From the NCBI GenBank assembly GCA_020697715.1, contig JAEHCO010000004.1, forward strand, positions 1 through 64,000: a stretch of 64,000 bases of DNA, read 5' to 3'. This DNA is from Methanobacteriota archaeon. Lineage in GTDB: Archaea; Thermoplasmatota; Thermoplasmata; SG8-5; JAGLSY01. Under the pieces are notes generated by a model. The model had not been told where the DNA came from. It worked only from the letters and a program-made list of their open reading frames with translations, and did no database searches. Both the position numbers and the translations under genes were made by a program. Of this stretch, positions 9,966-20,400 are shown one piece after another. Every line of letters begins with the position of its first letter. Within the stretch, counting starts at the first letter, position 1.

Positions 9966-12900
9966 TTACCAGTTTACAGTCCAGGTATAATCTGCTGTTG
10001 TGTAAACCCAGTATGCTTCACCACGCTGCAGAACATAGTTGTCTGCCAGTGTAATGATGTCGTATGGTCCAGCACCGTATCCTTCGACCTTTAGGATCGA
10101 AGCATCTTCTGCCTTCAAGTCACCAACATCATAACCTACGCCGTTAGCTGGGTATCCAACAAGATTCCAACCAGCATACAAAGAGATGTCTGTGGTTGGA
10201 TCATCAGCACCATTACCGACCTCGAAGTCGTTGTCTGCTGCTGTGATGTGTATCCAGAATCCCTTCATGTTGTCTGCATTTGGCATATCTTGTGTCAGTC
10301 CTGCTGCGGCCTGGTTCTTGTCATAGCACTTCCAGTGGTCTGCTGCATCGGTTGGGTCGTACCATTGGATAGCATCCCAATCAGTTCCACCGTCACCCCA
10401 TGTATCATCATCGAAGACAGATAATACAGTGTTGGTAACAGCCACAGGATATGATATAAAGTTCCATCCTGTTGAGAGTCCTCCAAAGTTGTAGGTTTCT
10501 GGTGGTGGTGCAACTCCTGTGACGTATACCTCGGTCTCGTATGAAGCTGCCTCATTACCAGAGGAATCTACTCCTCTGACCCATAGCTTATGCCACTGTC
10601 CAGATGTCCAAGTTGCTGTCTCGGCTCCTAAGATGTCTATTGTGACTCCCTCAACCATGGAGTTGAAGGTACCATCTTGGGCATTCATTGCCTGACCATT
10701 TGCACTCCACTCTGCAAGTGTTGGGTCTGTTGCCCAGCGCATCCAGTGTGCGGTAGCAATTGTTGATTTCCCAGTGGTTGAGTCATCAATGGTTGCTGTC
10801 AAAGTAATAGCGTCACCAGCGTTTATTGGGTTCAGGTTTGTGTTAACAGATCCAGGTATGGTTATTGGTGGTGTGTTGTCAACATTGTGGTCTATGGTAA
10901 AGTCTCCAGACTCACTGTAATCACTCAGTGTTGAGTGGATAGCACTACCGAGAGCAACGACCTTGATCCTGTAGGTGTCTGCATCTTCAAGGGCAGATAT
11001 ATCCCATGAATAACTGGTCGCACCACCTGCAAGAGGTGCTCCGTTCAGTTTGATGTACTCCTGACCACTGTTTGGACTGTAGTAGACATCGATCTCTGAT
11101 GCACCTGCGACTGTCCATGAGATACCGTATGTAGCTGCTGCTGTGATGGTCTCTCCGCCAATTGGATCTGAGAGATCAATTGTTGGGTGGTTTCCACCAA
11201 GAAGCCACTGAACGGTCTCATCAAGAACACCTGCTCTTAATGAATCGATGGTAGGTGGTAATCCTGCTGGATCCCAGTTTCCTCCGGATCCTGTGCTATC
11301 AAGCATATCGTGGGAGAAACCCTCGAACTGTATCCTTGCAGTTCCAGCGGCTCCACCATTGGTCTGAGCGATAGCACCGCAGTCACCAGTGATTTGGCTA
11401 TCCACGTAGTCCCATGATGCAACACCAGGGTTACCTGCAATGTTGGTTGCGATATCCAGACTGTCTGGCCAGAACCTGTCGGCACCGTATACATCCTGCT
11501 CAAGATTCATATTGTCGAATCCATAAATGGAGTTCAAAGAGTGGCCGACATCAGCAACCTGCATGGGGTTGATACCTCTTGTTGGATTACTCCTGCCACC
11601 TTCATTTCCGCCTCCGCCATCTGCGTCATCACGGTTATATGTGGCTGCCAAGTAATCTGCAAGCCAAGCTACGTCAGGTTCAGTTCCTTCTGGTCCCATG
11701 TCCCAACCTACATCCTGACCGGACACCAATGCCATTGGCACTGTGCCAGAAGATGTTGTTGCTTGGTCAAGGTATCCTTCCAATGCAGCTCTGTCTAATG
11801 GACCGAGCTGAGGGTATCCCTCTGATACGGTCCAAATGATCATTGGAGCCTGGTTAAGATCTGCTGTTGTTGGTGATCCAAGAACGTTCATGTCCCAGTG
11901 GGTGTATGTCCATCCGTAGTTGTCCAGATTATTCATCCAGTCCAATTCGAATGGTGAACCATCTAGATCGGATACACTACCGATATCATCGTCCACAAGA
12001 AGGATCAAAGCTCCACCAGAGGCTGCACTTGTTGTCCTGAATGTGTAGTATGCACCACCGTGGTCATCATATGATGTCCTTCCACGCCAGTCTGTTGATT
12101 CTACATAGAACTCGTACTTGGTGTTCTCATCAAGGTTCTTACATGGAACACTGTGCAGAAGTGACAGAGAGTCAACTGTTGCTATTGACCAAGGTGATGT
12201 TCCGAATTCACGGTAATACACCACACTGTTAGAGTTCTCATCCGTGTCCCATGTTGGAACACCAGTTGTACCTGTGATACCTGTAACGAACACATTGTTT
12301 ATAATAGGTCCATGGAAATCAGCCCATGCAACGGTTGTTGCTGTGAAACTTGGGTTTCCATCAGTATAAGATGCTGTTATTGTGTCACCGTGGGCGACCT
12401 GCAATACACCATCTGCTGCTACAACATCAACATTTGTTGCTATTGGAGCACCTACATTGTAGATACCTGAGAAAGTGTCTGTCCATCCAAGTGTCATTGT
12501 CTCTGAGTCACCAGTTATTGCGGTTGACAGTGTAACGGTAACACTTGGTGCTGGGTTGTTCGAATCCTCGACTGTAACAGCTATGGAGTCTGCGTCATCG
12601 TAGACTGTTCTGTCCATGAAGACCTTTCCATATCCGTCTGTGAGAGCACCAGAGATTACGATAGCGAAGTTCTGTGGTCCCATTGCGATATTCTCTGCAG
12701 ATACCCTTACGACGTATGTACCGGCTGCTGGATTGTTTATCCTAACATCCTCTACATTGTTAAGAGTGTCATAGTTGTTGGATGAACCTGTGTCCTGTGA
12801 GTAACCACCTGCATGGTTGTTACCTCTCCATTCTGTTCCACCAGGTCCCATAACAAGCATACCGAGATCATTAACAAGCATCTTGGCTGCGGTTGGGTTA

Positions 12901-14750
12901 CCTGGGTAATCAGTCCAGACAACTGTTGCTGTGAAGTCCTCTGCACCAGAAGCGACACCAACGGGGAAATCAATGTAGTCGCCTGTGACCATTCCCTGTA
13001 GGTTATCGTGTGCGAAGACATCCAATGCATCTCCAGCGAAGTAAAGACTGTTATCCAAGTTCAGACAGCCCCAACCCTGAGCAAAGTCAGGTCTTGAGCT
13101 GCTGATATCGTCACCGCCGTTCAAAACAGTGGCCTTTATCAAAGCTGCGGATGGTGAGAAACCGTTTGCTGAAACCTCAGCTCCAGTTGGGTACCATCCC
13201 TCTGTGTAGTACTGGCGAACCAATGCAAGGTTACCGGCCACACCTGGTGTTGCCATACTTGTTCCCTGCATGGACTGGAATCCTCCACCGCCGTCTACAG
13301 ACATGATGGATTCTCCGCAGAAACCAATATCTGGTTTGATCCTGCCATCAACGGCTGGACCCCTGCTGCTAAAGGATGCCATTCCAGTTCCTGTTGCTGT
13401 CAATGCTGCAACAGCCCATCCGTTCTTCAACTCGGCCTGTGAACCAATCTGGTATCCTGCTGGTCCATCGTTACCTGCTGCGAATAGGATAGAGAAATCC
13501 TGGCTGTCCCATGCATACAAGTCCTCTACTGCTGCATCAGACATATATCCTAGACCGCCGCCCCAGCTGTTTGAGTGGAACTTAGCCCCGGATGTCTCTA
13601 CATTAAGGAACATGTCATTGTAGTAATCACTTGGTGAGTAGATGAAATCAGACTCAATTGGTTCTGTTGCTGGATCATCCTGTCTTCCAAGATCATGGAA
13701 GATGACCTGAGCATTGAATGCGTGACCATCGTATGTTGCTGCATTCCATACTCCGTATGGTGCACCGTCACCCAATACTGTACCGGCAACGTGGCTACCG
13801 TGGTATGAAGCTGCTGCCTCATCACCCATTTCACCATCTGCATCTGCTGGTATGTAATATTCCAGAACTTTGTCTCCTGAGCCGATGGTATATCCACCGC
13901 CATTGAAGTTGTCGTGGTCCACATCATCGAGTCCCACTCCTTCTGCCAGGCCTGAATCACCGATAGCGACTATCTGACCCTCGCCCTGTATACCCATGTT
14001 GTGGATAGTACGGGTGGAGCCGCCGGCTCCAGACTGTGCAATGACAACTGAGCCATCATTGACGATCTTTGTATCTGCGCGCTCGCTCATCCAGTTAACG
14101 TCTGGGAATGAGGCGAGATCGCCCATAATAGATGCATCGAACTCTGCCACGATCTTGTTTATCTGATCGTTCCTGGTCACAGATATTATTGTGCCTGCAT
14201 TGTCCTTTAGGAATCTTACTGCCGGACCGTTATTGCCTCCATTGAAGAGATCAATGTTAACGGTCACTTTACCCTGCCTACCGTTCAGCTCTTCGCTGAT
14301 CTTGTAGGCTGGCTGGTAAATACCCATCCATTGGTTGCCCTTTACCGCATTAACCTTACCCTTTGCATCATTGTCCATACGTACAAGGAAAGCATTGTCC
14401 GGGATGTAGCTGAGTATTTCTCCGCCTGCCCTGGCGATATCAGCTTTCCATTCCTCGGATACTGCCCCATTCTTCTGTACTATGTATGTACCTTTTACAT
14501 GGTCTGGGTATGCATTGATACCGAGGGTAGTTGGCATTGCCGGGTCTCCCTTTGCTGTATCAAATTTCGCATTCTTCAACCATATATTTGTGCTTGGGGG
14601 TTGTGCGACTACCTGCTCTTCACTGACGTCCACTCCAGCTACAACTGGAACATTGAACAACAGTGCAGTAGCAGATAATATCATGCTAAGTGCTATAACA
14701 ATAGCAACTGCCATGCTCACAAACTGTTTTGCTCTTTTATCATTATCCAT
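9966..14750 (-). CDS. Secreted subtilisin-family (S8) serine peptidase, multidomain, catalytically intact
   Basis: Signal peptide, prodomain, VAIGDSG (Asp), HGSHVAGT (His), AAGND (oxyanion Asn), GTSMATP (Ser); PPC-like, FN3-like and C-terminal GWN-repeat domains. Confidence 0.95.
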   Translation of the reverse strand: MDNDKRAKQFVSMAVAIVIALSMILSATALLFNVPVVAGVDVSEEQVVAQPPSTNIWLKNAKFDTAKGDPAMPTTLGINAYPDHVKGTYIVQKNGAVSEEWKADIARAGGEILSYIPDNAFLVRMDNDAKGKVNAVKGNQWMGIYQPAYKISEELNGRQGKVTVNIDLFNGGNNGPAVRFLKDNAGTIISVTRNDQINKIVAEFDASIMGDLASFPDVNWMSERADTKIVNDGSVVIAQSGAGGSTRTIHNMGIQGEGQIVAIGDSGLAEGVGLDDVDHDNFNGGGYTIGSGDKVLEYYIPADADGEMGDEAAASYHGSHVAGTVLGDGAPYGVWNAATYDGHAFNAQVIFHDLGRQDDPATEPIESDFIYSPSDYYNDMFLNVETSGAKFHSNSWGGGLGYMSDAAVEDLYAWDSQDFSILFAAGNDGPAGYQIGSQAELKNGWAVAALTATGTGMASFSSRGPAVDGRIKPDIGFCGESIMSVDGGGGFQSMQGTSMATPGVAGNLALVRQYYTEGWYPTGAEVSANGFSPSAALIKATVLNGGDDISSSRPDFAQGWGCLNLDNSLYFAGDALDVFAHDNLQGMVTGDYIDFPVGVASGAEDFTATVVWTDYPGNPTAAKMLVNDLGMLVMGPGGTEWRGNNHAGGYSQDTGSSNNYDTLNNVEDVRINNPAAGTYVVRVSAENIAMGPQNFAIVISGALTDGYGKVFMDRTVYDDADSIAVTVEDSNNPAPSVTVTLSTAITGDSETMTLGWTDTFSGIYNVGAPIATNVDVVAADGVLQVAHGDTITASYTDGNPSFTATTVAWADFHGPIINNVFVTGITGTTGVPTWDTDENSNSVVYYREFGTSPWSIATVDSLSLLHSVPCKNLDENTKYEFYVESTDWRGRTSYDDHGGAYYTFRTTSAASGGALILLVDDDIGSVSDLDGSPFELDWMNNLDNYGWTYTHWDMNVLGSPTTADLNQAPMIIWTVSEGYPQLGPLDRAALEGYLDQATTSSGTVPMALVSGQDVGWDMGPEGTEPDVAWLADYLAATYNRDDADGGGGNEGGRSNPTRGINPMQVADVGHSLNSIYGFDNMNLEQDVYGADRFWPDSLDIATNIAGNPGVASWDYVDSQITGDCGAIAQTNGGAAGTARIQFEGFSHDMLDSTGSGGNWDPAGLPPTIDSLRAGVLDETVQWLLGGNHPTIDLSDPIGGETITAAATYGISWTVAGASEIDVYYSPNSGQEYIKLNGAPLAGGATSYSWDISALEDADTYRIKVVALGSAIHSTLSDYSESGDFTIDHNVDNTPPITIPGSVNTNLNPINAGDAITLTATIDDSTTGKSTIATAHWMRWATDPTLAEWSANGQAMNAQDGTFNSMVEGVTIDILGAETATWTSGQWHKLWVRGVDSSGNEAASYETEVYVTGVAPPPETYNFGGLSTGWNFISYPVAVTNTVLSVFDDDTWGDGGTDWDAIQWYDPTDAADHWKCYDKNQAAAGLTQDMPNADNMKGFWIHITAADNDFEVGNGADDPTTDISLYAGWNLVGYPANGVGYDVGDLKAEDASILKVEGYGAGPYDIITLADNYVLQRGEAYWVYTTADYTWTVNW

Positions 14751-14833
14751 TCAGTTTCCTCCTCTAAATTCTCCGTCTCGTCTTGGTTCTAAATAAGTAT
14801 GTGTTGTAGTGTTTGCCCACTTACACCATATAC

Positions 14834-14968
14834 TACATCGTTAATAGATTATGTAAGTACAAGTATATATACCTTTTCGCGCGATTTATAGTTTATATAT
14901 TTAAAGGTATTTATATCTAATATCTCTTAATATTTTTCAATATTTGGGGTTATACATCGTTAATGTAT
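14834..14968. promoter_or_regulatory. Two copies of TACATCGTTAAT in a divergent promoter region (candidate operator)
   Basis: Exact 12-mer at 14834-14845 and 14953-14964; the second lies in the palindrome ATACAT-cgtta-ATGTAT (14952-14968). Confidence 0.5.
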
Positions 14969-15072
14969 GCGCATTAATTAATATTTATATTAAAATAATA
15001 ATAAATTAATAATTAAAATTTTGAATGTTCTAAAGTATACCGAAATATACTTATCTACTATCTTGTTCTACA

Positions 15073-17235
15073 ATGTTGATGGAACCTCCAAGAGGATATC
15101 TAACATGCGTATTATCTATTCTGATCATAATTCTATTGACCATGCCAGTGATCACTATGAACACTGAAAGGGCACAATATGATCATCATGATGGAGCTGG
15201 CGTACGCAGTACCATTACAGATCCACTTATGAAAGAGATCATATTTGATGAGAGCCATCGTCAATGGTGGTCACTCTGGGACACAGGGTTCATTGGATAC
15301 TCAGACCTGGCAATAATGATGGAGAAAGAGGGTTACAGAGTAAGTGCAAACACAGGTTCGCTTGTAACAAACCTTGAAGGTCAAGCAGCAGGAGATGTGC
15401 TTGTTCTAGGAATGGCCGATCGACAGACCTATTCCCAATCAGAGATAGACGCAATGCTGGATTTCGTCAACAGAGGAGGGGGGCTTCTGATAATGAGCGA
15501 GCACGAAGAATCGGATGGATCTCCCTGGTACACATCAGATTTTCTGAATCCAGTATCTGAGAACTTCGGCATAACTTTCAACTCTAATGAGGCAAGTGAT
15601 GCAGATAGTTCACATCCAGAAAAAGTGATCTGGATGGTCACAGACGTAGATGTTCTAGATGTGCAGGATGTTTGTCTTTTCTTCGGGAATACTATGAACT
15701 TAACAGGAAATGCAATACCTCTAGCAACAACTTCCTCAACAGCCACCCCGCCTAATGCACCAATCATAGCTGCCTCAAGCTATGGAGAGGGTCGCGTCAT
15801 TGCATTGACAGATACAGAGTTCATATGGAATGGAGACCACAGGATCGGAATGCAATACATGAATAACAGTGATCTTGCAAAGAGGATCTTTGAATGGCTT
15901 AGCAACTCACCCGATGCAGGGTCAGATACCAAGATAGTTCCTGAATATGATCTTATCACGGCAGATTTCTTCCAATTGAATCTCACGGTCACAGGAGCAG
16001 GATCCATAACTGCCGATATGGAAGGCGGAACAATAGAACCATCAACTATAAACGATCCAAATGGCCAGATACAATTCGAACTGGACATCCAAAGTGATGG
16101 ATATATCAAGTTCAAGGCAGGGAATGACATACTGGTGGTCAATACATTAAGATCACCAGATACCAATCTTGCCAATGTTCTATTCGATGGGAGATATTGT
16201 AGTAGAAATGTTGATGAAAGTCTCAGTGGGATGTTGTCGATGGCCAAGAGAATGAGGGACAAGGGGATACTTGTATTTGCATCCAGCTCCAGCCAGGATC
16301 ATTCACAGTATGATGCAGTTTTCATTGTGAATCCTCTTGAGATGCCAAATGATGCTCAGATATCAGAGGACACCAAATATGTCCTAATGGGTGAATCATA
16401 TACCTGGCTCTATGCATTGGAATGGCCGGGAAAATACAGCCATGAGATAAGATACTGCCCAATGAATGAATACGCTGAGCTACTTGGACTGGAATTCCCA
16501 CATTACGCGATATATGATCCATCTGAAGGGACCGTTAATGATGCCTTCAGGCCGATCATCCATCACGATTTTGGATACCTTATGAAAGCATACCGTAGCG
16601 GTATTCTCCTTAATACCACCAACATGACAATACTGGCCACAGGTTCTGATACTGCATGGTCAGAAAGATTGGATGTTGGAGAGAGAGATGCTTATGTAAT
16701 AGATCCTGTGGATTACTTGTCAACAGATTTCTCAATGTATGATGACCGTGTCCTCGGTATTGCAGATACTGATCCATTCACCAACTCTCATTTTGGTGAA
16801 GAAGGCACTGAGGAGTTCACGGATTCTATCATATCATGGATAATTCTGTCTGCAGAGGTCAATAAGAGAAATGGATTCTATGGCCAGACCCATGAGTTCA
16901 AAGTCAACACAGCAGCAGATGTCAACTCGGTCGAGGTACTCATGGCAGATGGAGATATCATAAAATTGAAAGAGGGAAAAAATCCTGGGACATGGTGTGG
17001 AGATTATGTTGTTCCATTAGATAGTATTCCGGGCGATTATAATGCCACTATTATGACCAAGGAAAATGGTGAAAATGGATTTAAATACAATATAAATTAT
17101 ACAATTGATGAAATAAATCCCTGGCCACCCTACAAAATACTTGCACTCATTGTTCTATTAAGCTGTGTTTTCATCATTGTATTTTACGCTGTTAAAAAAC
17201 GCGGGAACAACAGTGAAAAAGACCAGAAAGATTAA
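15073..17235 (+). CDS. Membrane-anchored surface protein with two GIFT/DUF4350-like (class I GATase-like fold) domains
   Basis: Signal helix; IIFDESH...GYSDLA..M...GY.V, SEIDAMLDFVNRGGGLLIMSEH, YGEGRVIALTD; second copy VLFDGRY...; C-terminal TM and KKR. Confidence 0.7.
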   Translation: MLMEPPRGYLTCVLSILIIILLTMPVITMNTERAQYDHHDGAGVRSTITDPLMKEIIFDESHRQWWSLWDTGFIGYSDLAIMMEKEGYRVSANTGSLVTNLEGQAAGDVLVLGMADRQTYSQSEIDAMLDFVNRGGGLLIMSEHEESDGSPWYTSDFLNPVSENFGITFNSNEASDADSSHPEKVIWMVTDVDVLDVQDVCLFFGNTMNLTGNAIPLATTSSTATPPNAPIIAASSYGEGRVIALTDTEFIWNGDHRIGMQYMNNSDLAKRIFEWLSNSPDAGSDTKIVPEYDLITADFFQLNLTVTGAGSITADMEGGTIEPSTINDPNGQIQFELDIQSDGYIKFKAGNDILVVNTLRSPDTNLANVLFDGRYCSRNVDESLSGMLSMAKRMRDKGILVFASSSSQDHSQYDAVFIVNPLEMPNDAQISEDTKYVLMGESYTWLYALEWPGKYSHEIRYCPMNEYAELLGLEFPHYAIYDPSEGTVNDAFRPIIHHDFGYLMKAYRSGILLNTTNMTILATGSDTAWSERLDVGERDAYVIDPVDYLSTDFSMYDDRVLGIADTDPFTNSHFGEEGTEEFTDSIISWIILSAEVNKRNGFYGQTHEFKVNTAADVNSVEVLMADGDIIKLKEGKNPGTWCGDYVVPLDSIPGDYNATIMTKENGENGFKYNINYTIDEINPWPPYKILALIVLLSCVFIIVFYAVKKRGNNSEKDQKD

Positions 17236-17487
17236 GATAGAAATATCAGACATTGACATTGATATCGAATGATAGATGAAATAGTATGATTTTCGCATTA
17301 TTTTACACAGATAACAGATAGTAAAAGCAATATGAATAATACCATGCCAATCCGATAACCATTGTTCATGAATAATCTATATTATAAAGGTTATAGAGAG
17401 AGTAATTTATAAATATACATAGTGTATCCCCAATACAATATCTTATAAATCTTATAACATATTAGTAAATGAGAGAGAGGGAACACT

Positions 17488-20400
17488 ATGTCTGAAACAA
17501 AGACAAAGAAATATTTGAGCGCATGTATAGTTTGGATGTTCGTGCTATCGGCATTTGGATCAATGGGCGGAATTATGACCAATGATGCAACATCAGAGGG
17601 GCTTATCGTGATCGATGGCCTGGACGATGGAATATCTGATGACACGACCCAGGCCGATATGGTCATATCTCCTAAGATTGATTCGACCTTAGGAGGATTC
17701 ATAAAGGAAGGGACAAAGGGAATGACCAAGGTCATAGTCGCTACAACGAACACCGCACAGCTGGCTATTACCCTTAGTAAATATGAATACAGAGGTCTTA
17801 TTGGTACAAAGGATACAGGAAACAATTTCCTCAAAACCCATGTGCTGGATGTTCCTGTGAACAGTCTCGAGGACATTGCAGGTCTATCTGGAGTGTATGG
17901 AGTATACGCATACCCAGACATATCACAAGGTATGACCAATCCCGAAGAGAAGAATTTAATGTTCAGTGATGATGCTGGAAATTCACCAAGTTCCATATAT
18001 GATGCAGAGCAACACAATGCTCAGGAAGCTTGGATCGCTGGTTACATAGGAACAGGCTCAAATGTGGCAATACCAGAAGGCGGGATAGACTTTGGGCACC
18101 CGGATCTTCAGGGAACCCAGGCAAGAGTTCCAGCAACCCTTAGGGCCATTGGAGAGACCATTCTGGAAGCAGTTGGTGGAGAGACTGAGATATCTCTATC
18201 ATCTGGAGACATAATACCAGGAACATACACGATCTATGTGAACGGATCTGCCCTAATCCCTGATACAGATTATACCATTGATCTGGACTCTGGCGACATA
18301 ACCTTTACACCCGCATTGGAGTTCGCAGATGTCATAACAGCTGACTATCAATTCGATTCACCATATGCAGGATGGCCAATTGTCTTCGATTACAACTCCA
18401 TGACCACATATCTGGAAACCAGTTCAACAACTGACACGTGGTATGTGAGCACCAATGAAACAGCTATTGCTTATTCCACAGCAAATACACCAGAACTGGA
18501 TATAGAGGTCACTGTTAGCAGTGAGCTCACATTCAGCAGTGACACCGCAGAAGTGAAGACCTCCACAAAATTGGATCATGGCGCAGTAAAGGTAGGAAGC
18601 ATCGCAGTTTATGCAGATGGCACTCAGATGCTACCAACAGAATATTCAGTGAACTATGATCTTGGTGAGGTTTATTTCTCTCCCTCGATACTTGTTAGCA
18701 ACATAGGTGTCTCATATATTTATTACACCTGGGACAATGTTCCAGATTCACAGCGAATAATTCTAAAAGAATCCACAGGATACAATATCAAATCAGCTAC
18801 TGGAGCAGAGAGCTATACAATTGATGGATTGGAACCAAATACCAATTACCTTTTCAATATAATAGCAACAGATGAAGCAAACAATCATGGTGGTTTCTCG
18901 AATAATCCTAATGCAATTACATATGAAGATGTAACAGTCCCTGGCCAGATAACAGATCTTATGGCTGTAGGTGGTTCAGAACATGGCACTATCGACCTCA
19001 GTTGGACAGCAGTTGGAGATGATGGGAGCACAGGCACTGCTACAAGTTATATCATTAAATATTCTGAAGATCCAATATCCAACTGGGTATGCTTTGATTA
19101 CCTCTCAGATGAGTATGCACAGTCATGGGTTCCAGCAGGTACAACAATAACTGAGAACAAGGTCATAACAGGACTTGATATAGGAGTGGAATATTATTTC
19201 GCAATTATCGCAGTTGATGAAGCAGGTAACATGGGAGAAGTTTCCAACACAGACAATGCAATTGTAATGGATGATATCATAGCACCAGCAAGAATAGATC
19301 CAACTGCATACCCTGGAGCTAATTCTACTCAAGTATATTTGCAGTGGACCGCAACAGGTAATAATGGAGCTGCAGGCATAGCATCTGGCTATGAGCTAAG
19401 ATACAGTACAAGCCCAATTACAACAAATGTCGAATTCCAAGCTGCCACACTCTATGCGGATTCACCAAATTGGATCCCAATGATCGCAGGGAACATTGAG
19501 AACTACACTCTTGAGATGCCTCTTGGAGGTACGACTTACTATTTCTCCATAGTGGCAATTGATACCGCTGGAAACACAGGAGACATCTCAGCTCCTGCAG
19601 GAATGGCAATATCAGCAGCCGCTGATGTTACAGCACCTGCCACCATAAATGACCTCACGGTCCAAACTGGTCCAGATCATGGAACTGTTTACCTTAATTT
19701 CACCGCACCAGGAGATAATGGAGTGGTAGGATGGGCAGAAGATTACATAATCAAATCATCCACATCACCAATAGATGCAGCAAACTGGGGTTCCGCAAGC
19801 ACGTTCCCTGTTGAGTTCCCAGTAGGAAATAGATTATATCCATTGCCTGCAGAAGGAGGAACATCAGTGTCAATAATATTAGGGCTCACAGACGGCGTTG
19901 GCTGGAGCTATTTCACAGGAGGAAACGATTATTACTTTGCGATCCAGGCAGATGATGGCGCCAATAATGGCTCAGTATCCAATTGTGACAATGCAATAGC
20001 CCAGAATGATATTATTGGACCTTCAGCTATAACCGACCTTACTGCCAGTGATAGCGATAATCATGGGGAAATATTACTTGAATGGACCGCACCAGGCGAT
20101 GATGGAATGATAGGCTTTGTTAAAAATTATGAGATCAGATATGATACTACTGAGATCAATGACAACGCAACATGGGACGATGCAGATGCTTATCCAATTG
20201 CCCAAAACACCTTCGAATCAGCCTTTGGCTTTATCCCTGAAGGAGGTGATCATGTCTATCTTAATTTCAGTGGTGCAGGACTTGATGAAGGTGTCAAATA
20301 CTTCTTTGCAATAAAAGCAAAGGATGAGATGAGCGATAATGAACCAGGCATCTCAAACTCTGCAAATGGAACAGCAAGGGTGGATGATGAAGCACCAGGC

